This document shows positions 9,697 to 18,600 of a stretch of DNA of 64,000 nucleotides, piece after piece. Every line of letters begins with the position of its first letter. The stretch's first letter is position 1. The translations under genes and the position numbers were made by a program. The DNA is from a virus (lineage: Duplodnaviria > Caudoviricetes), in IMG/VR virus record IMGVR_UViG_2706796186_000001, positions 128,001-192,000 of that record. One strand, given 5' to 3'. The notes below the pieces were generated by a model, which was not told the DNA's origin, did no database searches, and saw only the letters and a program-made list of their open reading frames with translations.

Positions 9697-10232
9697 CCGG
9701 ATTCTCCTGCAATCCCAAGGTCAACCAGCAGACCGAAGTCAATGAACTGGAAATCATTTTCCAACTCTTCGCCCCAGAGCAGTTTGGCCTCTTCTGCTTC
9801 ATCACCCATCTCTTCCAGCGTCTTACGTGCCACTTCGAATTCGTGGTAGAACGCATCGGTCAGGTGTGTACCGCGTAATGCACGCACAGTCACACCAGGG
9901 AAGTTCAGGGCCAGTCCCACAACGTTGGTTGGGTCTGCATCACCGGTAGAACGGCGCAGTACCTGCAACTTGTGTTTTGGGAACGCCACCACACGTTTTT
10001 CGAAACCGGGATTACGTTTCTCGATTTCGACAACGGACTGGTGATCGTCTTCCACGCCCTGTAAAGGCAGGATGACATTCAGGCCATAACGGTTCAACAG
10101 ACGAATGGTGTCATCGTTGAAATCTTCACCCGGCACGATCGCATGGATGTTGTACAGCTTGTGTTTGCGAATGAACGCATCGACAAGGTGAACGTTACGC
10201 CGAGTAAAATTGTGAATCAGCAATGACTTCAT
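9675..10232 (-). CDS. hypothetical protein of the radical SAM operon
   Basis: 185-aa ORF overlapping both neighbours on the same strand; no family recognised. Confidence 0.7.
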   Translation of the reverse strand: MKSLLIHNFTRRNVHLVDAFIRKHKLYNIHAIVPGEDFNDDTIRLLNRYGLNVILPLQGVEDDHQSVVEIEKRNPGFEKRVVAFPKHKLQVLRRSTGDADPTNVVGLALNFPGVTVRALRGTHLTDAFYHEFEVARKTLEEMGDEAEEAKLLWGEELENDFQFIDFGLLVDLGIAGESGCLVTTK

Positions 10233-11541
10233 TCGAGGCTCCGAGTTCTAATTTAAGTTTATCTGCTTTCATGCGGTCACGCACGCAGCTCGCACAGTAG
10301 CACATGGATTTATCGTGCAGGTCGGCGACATTCGTGGTACCGGTTTTCTGATACCAGTATTCGGACACCAACAATTTCGCGGTCGTCCAACCACACTGGC
10401 GTCGCTCAGCATGGTACTCTTTACGCGCTTCCAGCTCGCCGTCACCGTTCTCGTAAGAAGCAGCCGCACAGCTACCGCACGAGTGTTTCATCGGGCAGCC
10501 TAAGCAGGTAGACGGGTAGTTGGTGTACTGCGTCTGAATTTCGTTCAGTAGTTTGTGACCGTCAATGTTCACAATCTCACGCCCACGCAGTTCTGCTACC
10601 GCTGAACGGGTGGTTACGGTTGACATGAAGCGGTTACAGCCGTAAATCTTACGGTCGAAGCCAAGACAGGTCATGTGGGTCAGCGTACCGCAGTAAGGAC
10701 GTACACGGTCTGGGTGCAGACGGGTTGCTTCATCGTCCAGCAACTTCTGACGCCAGTCCGGGTCCCATGTCGCCATGAAGTCCAGCCCATCAGGAATGAT
10801 GTGGGTCAGGATGTTACGTGGTGACTTGTGGTAGCCGTTGTCGACCCAGTAATCGATAACGTCAATCATCTGGTTTGCGATACCCAGAGCCATATCACGC
10901 GACAGAATGTCTTCGTACGTGACGTTACCGGAGATGGTACCACCGCCCGTTTCTTTAATCAGGTGAATCATGCTCTCGCCGTAACGAGGCAGGGTCTCAC
11001 CGGTAAAGGTGGCTTTGATACCGAGTTCTGCAATACCGACAGATTTCAGGTATTGGTAGCCGCGCATCGCCTGCTCGTACGAGCCTTCACGCGAAGTGGT
11101 GAAGATACGATAGCGGTCGTGTACTTCTGGCAGACCATCGATGGACACACCAATCGACAGACGGTCTTTCCAGCGTTCAATGATTTCTTTGCTGATAGGA
11201 CGGTCGAACAAGGTGCCGTTGGTAGAAATAGAGAATACGTACTGGCGGTTGTCGCGCGCCGCTAACTCTTCGGCTGTCTCAAAGACGGCTTTCAGAATCT
11301 TCGGCTGCATAAACGGCTCACCCCCGATGATGTCGATAATGATTTCGGCATCTTCGATGTGACGGTCGCGGTCAAAACACGCATGAATAAAATCGACAGC
11401 GTCATCCACTTTGTTGTTGCGCGGATACTTACGTTCGTAGCAATACGAACAGTCGAGATTACAAGACAGGTTAGTTACGACCTGATACGTGAGTGTGGGG
11501 CGCTGTTTACGCGTCTGCGATGAAGATCGTTCTTCACTCAT
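10195..11541 (-). CDS. radical SAM/SPASM-domain peptide maturase-like enzyme
   Basis: CNLDCSYC (CxxxCxxC), GGEP, STNG, SIDG, HDRYR. C-terminal SPASM-like Cys array (YCG..C..KIYGCNRF...CLGCPMKHSCGSC...C) plus an extra CYCASC. Confidence 0.92.
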   Translation of the reverse strand: MSEERSSSQTRKQRPTLTYQVVTNLSCNLDCSYCYERKYPRNNKVDDAVDFIHACFDRDRHIEDAEIIIDIIGGEPFMQPKILKAVFETAEELAARDNRQYVFSISTNGTLFDRPISKEIIERWKDRLSIGVSIDGLPEVHDRYRIFTTSREGSYEQAMRGYQYLKSVGIAELGIKATFTGETLPRYGESMIHLIKETGGGTISGNVTYEDILSRDMALGIANQMIDVIDYWVDNGYHKSPRNILTHIIPDGLDFMATWDPDWRQKLLDDEATRLHPDRVRPYCGTLTHMTCLGFDRKIYGCNRFMSTVTTRSAVAELRGREIVNIDGHKLLNEIQTQYTNYPSTCLGCPMKHSCGSCAAASYENGDGELEARKEYHAERRQCGWTTAKLLVSEYWYQKTGTTNVADLHDKSMCYCASCVRDRMKADKLKLELGASNEVIADSQFYSA

Positions 11542-12431
11542 TTGATTACCTCATTGCGATGTTTGCGAGCGTGGATCGTGCGATTGATGTAACGGTAGGC
11601 TTCTTGCCCAATGACTTTCGCCAGCATGTTACAACCGCTATCGATTTCCATCTCGACATCCATCGTGTAGCCGATAGACGCATCGGAGTCCAGACGAACC
11701 AGACCGCTGCACGCGTTGCACGACTGCTCAAAGAACTTGCTGATGGAGAACCCAGTTGAGCCATTGTTCATGACATTCAGGCGTTCAATCTGGTCTTCCA
11801 TTTTGTTGTAGCCGAACATGAAGTTCATCACCAAATCTTGGTTCAGAGGTTTCTTCATGCGGTTGTCCAACAGCAGCGTCATGTCTTTGAAGCCGTAGTG
11901 GTGGAGTGCGCGGTGTAAGTCCAGCAGGTCAGTGTGCCAATATTTATCAGCCAACTGCTCACGAGTCACCACGGCCCACGTATGGACGTTGTTCAGCGCA
12001 GCCATCACTTCGAAGGCTTCGAATGCACCATCTTCAACGACACGCCAGAGCGGACGTTCGCTCTTTTTGTATCCATCGAACGACACACAGATACGGTTAA
12101 ACTGTTGCAGCATCGGGAGATGTTCCAGACGCATTTTCAGACCGTTCGTGTACAGCTCGTGAGTGAGATGTGGATAACGGGCTTTGACTTCGGCCAGCAA
12201 TGGCTCAATCTTCCGGGTCGCCATTAATGGCTCACCACCCGTCCAGTTCATCCCTTGTAAAGTCGGGTACTTCTCCAGTTGTTCAAACAGCGCTTCACGC
12301 TGAATTTCCCGACCAACATCTTTTGTGTCCATGTAATACGCTCCGCCGCAGAAACTACAATCCAAATTACACTTGGACGTCGTCACTATCGACAGCTCGG
12401 TAGGGGGACGTATTTGTGGTGCATCGGTCAT
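11538..12431 (-). CDS. second radical SAM enzyme (short, with a truncated Cys-containing C-terminus)
   Basis: CNLDCSFC, TGGEP, YTNG, VSFDG; C-terminal CNAC...C. Stop overlaps the next start (ATGA). Confidence 0.9.
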   Translation of the reverse strand: MTDAPQIRPPTELSIVTTSKCNLDCSFCGGAYYMDTKDVGREIQREALFEQLEKYPTLQGMNWTGGEPLMATRKIEPLLAEVKARYPHLTHELYTNGLKMRLEHLPMLQQFNRICVSFDGYKKSERPLWRVVEDGAFEAFEVMAALNNVHTWAVVTREQLADKYWHTDLLDLHRALHHYGFKDMTLLLDNRMKKPLNQDLVMNFMFGYNKMEDQIERLNVMNNGSTGFSISKFFEQSCNACSGLVRLDSDASIGYTMDVEMEIDSGCNMLAKVIGQEAYRYINRTIHARKHRNEVIK

Positions 12432-12449
12432 TGCAGATTGCTCCAGTTT

Positions 12450-13328
12450 TTAATAGATCGCGAAAAGGGGGTCGTCCTCAAACTTCGCGCCCACATCCAG
12501 AAGGAAATCGGAGTGGTAGGCATCGAGTATTTGATTCAGAACAGCCTGACGGTCGTTAATCCGTTTAAGATCATCGAGTGTCACGCTTCGCGACTTGATG
12601 TTTGAAACTGCCTTTTCTTCGTCAGCTGTTAAGGAAACCTTCGACAGAAGGAAACTTACCAGCTTGCTCAGGTCAGCCTCGGTACCCGGTGCTTCACCGT
12701 AACGCAATTGAACCAAGAACTGCATCCACGGTTTGCGGATACGGCGACTGATTTCATGTGGATCGGTAATCGCTTCGAACTGCCCATCTACCGCATTCCA
12801 GCGAAACTTGTAGCTATACGCCAGTAAGTCAGCCAGACAATGGATACCGAGCGTTTCATAACCTAAGATGTGATGGTATTTTTCCACACCTTTATATTCT
12901 TCCGTGCCGGTCGGTACTACGGTGTACCAGAACGGATTAGAAGACGGGTAGTCCCAGCTCCACTCGCGACGAACCATGGGAATGACGTCCAAATCCGCAA
13001 ACGGCGTGAAGATCATTTCCAAATCCATCGAGTGGTTCAGGACTGCATCAGTAAAGAAATACTTACCGTCAATCAGTCGGCCACTGGCGTTCAGCTCGCC
13101 TTCATTAAACTTCACATGCTGAACAGTGTGCTTACCGATGGAGTAGGTATTCTCTTCGGTGTACTGCTTACGTGTAATATCCCGCCCACGTACCTTAGGC
13201 CATTCGCCTGGCAGCATCGAGATAAGGCGTACTTCGTCAGCGATGTGTGCTTTCACACTGTCGTACGACGAAATGTGTAACGGGAAATTTTGCGTCGTGC
13301 GGTACGCCAAATGGAGGTCGTTCTTCAT
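12450..13328 (-). CDS. hypothetical protein of the radical SAM operon
   Basis: 292-aa ORF with RBS aagga, between the Cys-rich genes and the radical SAM genes. Confidence 0.75.
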   Translation of the reverse strand: MKNDLHLAYRTTQNFPLHISSYDSVKAHIADEVRLISMLPGEWPKVRGRDITRKQYTEENTYSIGKHTVQHVKFNEGELNASGRLIDGKYFFTDAVLNHSMDLEMIFTPFADLDVIPMVRREWSWDYPSSNPFWYTVVPTGTEEYKGVEKYHHILGYETLGIHCLADLLAYSYKFRWNAVDGQFEAITDPHEISRRIRKPWMQFLVQLRYGEAPGTEADLSKLVSFLLSKVSLTADEEKAVSNIKSRSVTLDDLKRINDRQAVLNQILDAYHSDFLLDVGAKFEDDPLFAIY

Positions 13329-13346
13329 GGTTTCTTTATCCTTACT

Positions 13347-13556
13347 TTATCGGTTACCCGCGCCGTAACTGCACCCACCACTGCACGACCAGCTACAGCT
13401 ACCGTTGCAGTTATAATGCGAGAGTGGAAGCCCAGCAAGGTTGTTGGTCGAACTGACCGTGCCGCGTGTGGCGATATAGTTATTGGCCTGTGCGGTCGTG
13501 ATGTAGCCTTCGACGTTCTGCACCCGATCGCGAATGTTTTTCAATGAGATTGCCAT
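13347..13556 (-). CDS. short Cys-rich CXXX-repeat protein C (putative radical SAM substrate, 4 Cys)
   Basis: RBS gagga. Leader MAISLKNIRDRVQNVE; core CNGSCSWSCSGGCSYG. Confidence 0.85.
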   Translation of the reverse strand: MAISLKNIRDRVQNVEGYITTAQANNYIATRGTVSSTNNLAGLPLSHYNCNGSCSWSCSGGCSYGAGNR

Positions 13557-13577
13557 AGGTCCTCACTCGATAGAGTT

Positions 13578-13970
13578 CTATCGACTGCCTGAACAGCCAG
13601 AGCATCCCGTACAACTTGAACTACAGGAACCGGAACAGTTACCGGAGCATGTACCCGAACAACCGGAGCACCCACCCGAACACGAACCAGAACATCCTGA
13701 GCACCCACTGGTACACCCAGCAGTACAGCTCGACGAACATGAGGAACCGCAGCCCCCTGATGCCGAACCGGAACAGCCACCTGAACAGCTAGAGCAACCC
13801 CAGCTACAGGTTCCGCCGCAATCGTAATGAATACGTCCTTGGCCGCCGAATAAGTCGACGTTATTGGTTGCCTTATTACGGATGTAGGTTTGTACCCCAC
13901 CTTCCGTTTTTAAGGAGTTCGCTTCGATCACTGCAATGCGATCCGCGATGTTTCGTAAGTTGATAGCCAT
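13578..13970 (-). CDS. Cys-rich CXXX/CXX-repeat protein B (putative radical SAM substrate, 20 Cys)
   Basis: RBS gggag. Leader MAINLRNIADRIAVIE; core CGGTCSWGCSSCSGG...CSSSCTGCSGCSGSR. Confidence 0.88.
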   Translation of the reverse strand: MAINLRNIADRIAVIEANSLKTEGGVQTYIRNKATNNVDLFGGQGRIHYDCGGTCSWGCSSCSGGCSGSASGGCGSSCSSSCTAGCTSGCSGCSGSCSGGCSGCSGTCSGNCSGSCSSSCTGCSGCSGSR

Positions 13971-13979
13971 TGTTTCTCC

Positions 13980-14369
13980 CTACTGTGGACCAGAGCAACC
14001 AGAGCAACCGGTGCAGCTGGAAGAACACGACCCGGCGCAACCACCGCCACACTTACCACTGCACGAAGACGCACAGGTACCTGAGCAACCTGAACAACCC
14101 GAACACCCACCGCCGCAGTTAGAAGAACAGCTACCCACGCACGTAGAAGTACAGGTTCCTGCACAGCTAGTACAGCTTGCAGAACACCCGTTAGAACACG
14201 ACCAGCTACAACTGCCGCCACAATCCAGACGGGAGGGAGACCACCCACTGAACGAGTCCGCAGCGTTGTAAGCTTTCGATGCAACCTGCCCGTCTACACG
14301 AGCCCCGGTAGCATAGTTTGCTTCCACATTGTTAACGCGGTCGCGTATGTTTTTCATTGAAATCGCCAT
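13980..14369 (-). CDS. Cys-rich CXXX/CXX-repeat protein A (putative radical SAM substrate, 21 Cys)
   Basis: RBS aagga. Leader MAISMKNIRDRVNNVE; core CGGSCSWSCSNG...CSSSCTGCSGCSGPQ. Confidence 0.88.
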   Translation of the reverse strand: MAISMKNIRDRVNNVEANYATGARVDGQVASKAYNAADSFSGWSPSRLDCGGSCSWSCSNGCSASCTSCAGTCTSTCVGSCSSNCGGGCSGCSGCSGTCASSCSGKCGGGCAGSCSSSCTGCSGCSGPQ

Positions 14370-14385
14370 ACGTTTCCTTTGTCAA

Positions 14386-14424
14386 TAAAAAAATGAGGAC
14401 GCTGCCATAATGACAGCACCTCAT
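14386..14424 (-). terminator. intrinsic terminator-like hairpin between the fibre genes and the Cys-rich operon
   Basis: Minus strand atgagg-tgctgtca-tta-tggcagcg-t-cctcat followed by a T run; TATG lies at the loop. Confidence 0.6.
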
Positions 14425-14434
14425 GTAATAAGTG

Positions 14435-15634
14435 TTATCGTGAACCCGCTTCGGCTTGTACGTCGTCGCGAGAAGTCAGGCTGCTGTTGACGTGTACTGC
14501 CGCCTGAACCACACCGCCGTACTGCTTGTGGAGATAGTTCGGGTGTGGGTTATCTGCGTTAACGTGGTTCTGGAGATTCTGCGACAGGGTGTTAATGGAG
14601 TTCTGCAATCCAGCAACTTGCTGTTTCAGTGCATTCAGCTGACCAGAGAGATCCTGAATCTGCTGCTGCGTATCGGAACCGGCGGATTCCAAATCACTGA
14701 TGCGCTGCTTGAGCCCATTGATGACTTGGTTCTGGTCATTGATCATCTTCTGGAGTTGTAACACCAGAGAGTTCAGGTCGGCCTGTTGTAACGCCGCCTT
14801 TTGGTAGTTCAATGCCACCGAATTCAGTTGGTCATTCCACGAACCGAGTGCACTGACCACCGCATCGATACGCGCACCGAGTGCTGTGTCCGCTGCTTTC
14901 AAATTACCGATGTCAGCGAGGACAGCGTTAATGGCAGTCTGAACCGTTTGAATCAGCGCGCGAATTTCGGTTTCAGTGAGACCGTTCGCCTGATGAATAT
15001 CCAGTGCGTGAACATTACCTTTGGCATCGATGTGCGATTGTAGCGCCGCCATCATCTGGGTTTGCATGTCAGACATGGCTGCCAGAATCTGCTGGAGCTG
15101 AACTTCGTTACCGGAGTTAATCGCATCGGTCATCAACGCGAGTTGCGTAATGATGTATTCGAAACCAAACAGGTCGCCGAGGTCTTTAAAGGCCGGAGCC
15201 GCTGCAAAGGTATCCGGGACATTACGCAGGTCAGCGAAGTCAACTTTGCGGTCTTCAAGGTTGGCATCAGCCAACGCCTGTTTAATCGCAGAGATAACCG
15301 CCGACTGTGGGCCACCGACAACCTGTGCAAGACAGACGATATCGGTTGGGATAGCCGGGTTAGTGACGACCACACCCATACAGATTTCGCGGTTCTTAGC
15401 AAGCTTCATGTACGCCGGATGGATGTAAATCAGCTCGTAGTCGGTACCGCGTTTATAAATGGTGTTGGGTTGATTGGCAGGCCGCATACGGAACGTATCC
15501 GCAAAGAACGGCCCTGCTGGGAAAGCGAACGCACGGTTGACCTTCCCCCCACCTAACACAACCGGGACATTGACCGCGTTACTGGACGCAGCCCCTGTCA
15601 GGTCAAGTGGGTATTGAAATAGAATATCTGGCAT
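14435..15634 (-). CDS. short tail-fibre/baseplate-attachment-like coiled-coil protein
   Basis: N-terminal YPLDLTG..GPFF..GTDYEL domain shared with the three giant fibres; long heptad region; fibre-type HVNADNPHPNY motif. ATG 15634 with RBS gggag. Confidence 0.7.
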   Translation of the reverse strand: MPDILFQYPLDLTGAASSNAVNVPVVLGGGKVNRAFAFPAGPFFADTFRMRPANQPNTIYKRGTDYELIYIHPAYMKLAKNREICMGVVVTNPAIPTDIVCLAQVVGGPQSAVISAIKQALADANLEDRKVDFADLRNVPDTFAAAPAFKDLGDLFGFEYIITQLALMTDAINSGNEVQLQQILAAMSDMQTQMMAALQSHIDAKGNVHALDIHQANGLTETEIRALIQTVQTAINAVLADIGNLKAADTALGARIDAVVSALGSWNDQLNSVALNYQKAALQQADLNSLVLQLQKMINDQNQVINGLKQRISDLESAGSDTQQQIQDLSGQLNALKQQVAGLQNSINTLSQNLQNHVNADNPHPNYLHKQYGGVVQAAVHVNSSLTSRDDVQAEAGSR

Positions 15635-15681
15635 GGCCAAACTCCCTTAGTGAGACGTCCTTGTCTCGACGTGTTAGATGG

Positions 15682-18600
15682 TTACGGCAACTTAGGCATA
15701 AGATTGACCGTCAGTTTTGACGGGGTGACCGTTCCGCCGTAATAGTTGACCCCGTTGCCGATGTACAACGCGTTGTCGGCAATAAGCATGGGTATCGGTT
15801 GGCGGAAGATGACATCTCCATGAACAATCGGGAAATAATCATCGATGGAAACACCTGCTGGCATGGCGACTTTATAAACATCAAGCACACCACCAGTGAT
15901 ACGCCCCGCCGCACCCTGTACGTTCGTTATGGCACGAATGGCCACAGTAGCAGCATCGGAGATATAGAACACCGTCGCTGTGCCGTTATCCACGTTGGAG
16001 ACACTGAACGCAGCGAACGCGGTGGTCTGACCCCCGTTGATACCATTAAACACGAATGTGTTTTTGACCCCCACCTCGGCAGCAAGTGTGACCTCAGCCA
16101 GTGCAGAAGAAAACGTTGCAGAAACATCGAGGTTGGCGTTGGTACATCCAATGGTGCCGGAGCCCAAAGAGTAACCACTCTTCAATTTGATTTTCACCGT
16201 CGGGGTCGACGGGGTAATCTCCACAATCATTTTCCACGCAATCGAGATGACAGCCGACATCCCCGGAATACCCACCAAATACGCATTGTCTACATCAGAA
16301 GCCTGACCAAAGTTGGCACCCTTCATCGTGAACTTCTTGTAGTCTTTAGGCAAGGTAGCGACCGGCGCATCCCGCAGCAACTCGATAGGAACCTTGTGGC
16401 TTTGAGACGCGAAGACCGGGCCAATCTGCGACATATCCAGATACCCATCACCGGTAGCCGCCGGAGCAGAAAGGGGTTGCTTACGCAATAGCCCCAGTCG
16501 CGAAAGCCGCGCTTCACTGTCCACATTCACATCGTGGCTGTAGACCGTGGCGGTATGCTCCGCCAACTGTTTCAACTCGCCCAAGCGTTTCACTTTTGTG
16601 AACTCAGACGACAAGATACGCTGACTGTCGGTGACTACCGTCCCGATAAACAACCGGGTATCCGTATCGGGCATTTTCTGCGTCAAAAGCTGGTATTCCG
16701 GTTTGCCGTTCACCACCGCCGCGTGCATGTAGAACGTACGGTTTTGGTACGCACCGGGGAACAACGTCTTGAGGTTCTGGTTATACGCATCCAACGTGTA
16801 ATAGTCGGAACCAAACCGTAAGCTCTCAGACTCGGTGATGTACAGCTCCCACCCTTCTGCGGTTTTTACCCCAGCAACGATTGCAACATTCCCCGCAGGG
16901 GTGTAGTTTGTCACCCCTGCCGCAACAAAGTCGTTCGGTGGTGCGCTTGGGCCTGCGAAATAAGACGGTGAAATCACCTGCCCGTTTGACCGCAGCATTC
17001 GCTCCCCAACAAACGAAAGGATGGTAGCATAGTTGTAAAACGTGCTGCCGAGCACCCCCGCCTTCGTCGCCGTCAGCTTACCTCCGTTCAAACTGAAAAT
17101 CAGCTCAAGGTGGTACGCCGCGGATGACCCCACGACCTGCCGAATCATGAAGTTCGGCAAGTGCATGATGCCCGTACCGTCACCTTTCTCGTAGAAGATT
17201 GGTTGGCCCATTCTGCTGCTGTGCCCAGAATAGTTGGTATTCTGAATGAGTTGCAGGTTGCTGTACGTCGCGATGTTGGTGTATACAACGTCAGCTGTGG
17301 TCGTGACCAGCTGAACAACCCCGTTCACGACGCTCGGGTAGATTTGGAACGTAACATTCCCTAACCGCTTATTGCCGTTATAGAGTGCGTAGTACGACAT
17401 TTGTGCAATCCAAATCGGATTGGCATCAAGGGGTCGAATCGCCCACACGGAAAAGAGGAGGTTAATCGGGTTGGCAATGCTGTCCGCCACCTCACCTGCC
17501 GGTGCTGCCGCTTTTAAGGCCGCCGTTATCTTGTTCCATGTGTCGGAGGACAACGTAAGGGTATCGGCTTTTGGTACCGCACCCACGGCCTGGTACCGCT
17601 TCACACCGGGACCGTTCCAATACGCGCCGTTTAACTTACCCGACTGGAGCGTGGATGTCGCACACCACGTCATGTCTGCCAAAGCGTAGTAATCGTCAAC
17701 CGAGAAATTGCGGCGCACGTTACTCGGCCCTGCGCCCAAGTACGCGGGACCGTATGTTGTGTTTGGGTCTACCTCGACATACACCGCGCTGTTGGCGTTG
17801 GCGGGACTAAACAGATACGCATTATTGCCCAGATACACCGGATGGGATTGACCGACAGAATACACCGAGCCAATACCGCCCGTGAACTGCCAGTTCGCCA
17901 GAGAGGTGTAACCGCTTTTGTGGTCTCCTGCGATAAAGTCGTAGAAGTCCGCGTCCATTGTCGAGTGTGCTAACCCGTTGGGGAGGGTGTCCTGAGACTG
18001 ATCGTAAATAGACCATGCACGTTGGCCAACCCCTTGGAACACCCGCATGCGGTTATCAGCATTGCCGTACGGGAACCGAACTTTCCAGCCTGCCTCTTTG
18101 AGCTTTGTCCCAGTGGCAAGATACACATCGTCCGCATCGATTTTGAATGGGAAGATATCTGCATTATCCAGCGAGACCGTCAACGTATCCATGTCAATCT
18201 GGAACGAAGTCGCCCAAGTGAAACGGCCATACGAGTCATCAGGGCTCAACAATAACAGGGTGCTCAAAATACCTACCCTGGTCATGTTCTCGCGCTGCGC
18301 TACCGCATACGTCGCGATGTTGTGTGCGATGTTGCGCAGGTTACCCCAGCGTACTTTACCGGCCTCGGTCACATAGGTGGTGCCCTGTGTCGCAGGGTCG
18401 GTCGCATCGGTGTCTGTGTTAGCGCGCAGCAACACTGAGATACCGTTGACGCTGTTCCCCCCTTTGAGAGCAGCAGGGGTGTAAACCATCTTGTCCCCAC
18501 TGACTGACCCTACTAACGCATAGACACTGTACTGGGTATTGGTCAATTCCAGATGAAGAATGTAGACCTTCCCTTTATACACGATGGTTTGTTCGCGTGT

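Noticed and set aside
10195-12431. Radical SAM genes as anaerobic sulfatase maturase, QueE/7-deazaguanine or NrdG enzymes
   Set aside because: No sulfatase, que/dpd or nrdD genes are in the window, and adjacent Cys-rich leader/core genes are the more parsimonious substrates. Not formally excluded.
13578-14230. Possible CRISPR array or DNA tandem repeat
   Set aside because: The periodicity is at the amino-acid level with synonymous variation; there are no identical repeats with spacers and no cas genes.
13534-14271. Plus-strand ORFs with EQPEHP/EQPEQP repeats (13534..13827, 13936..14271) and alternative-frame Val/Ala-rich ORFs
   Set aside because: They are antisense or frame shadows of the Cys/Ser/Gly codons. 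The minus-strand genes have RBSs, shared leaders and operon context.
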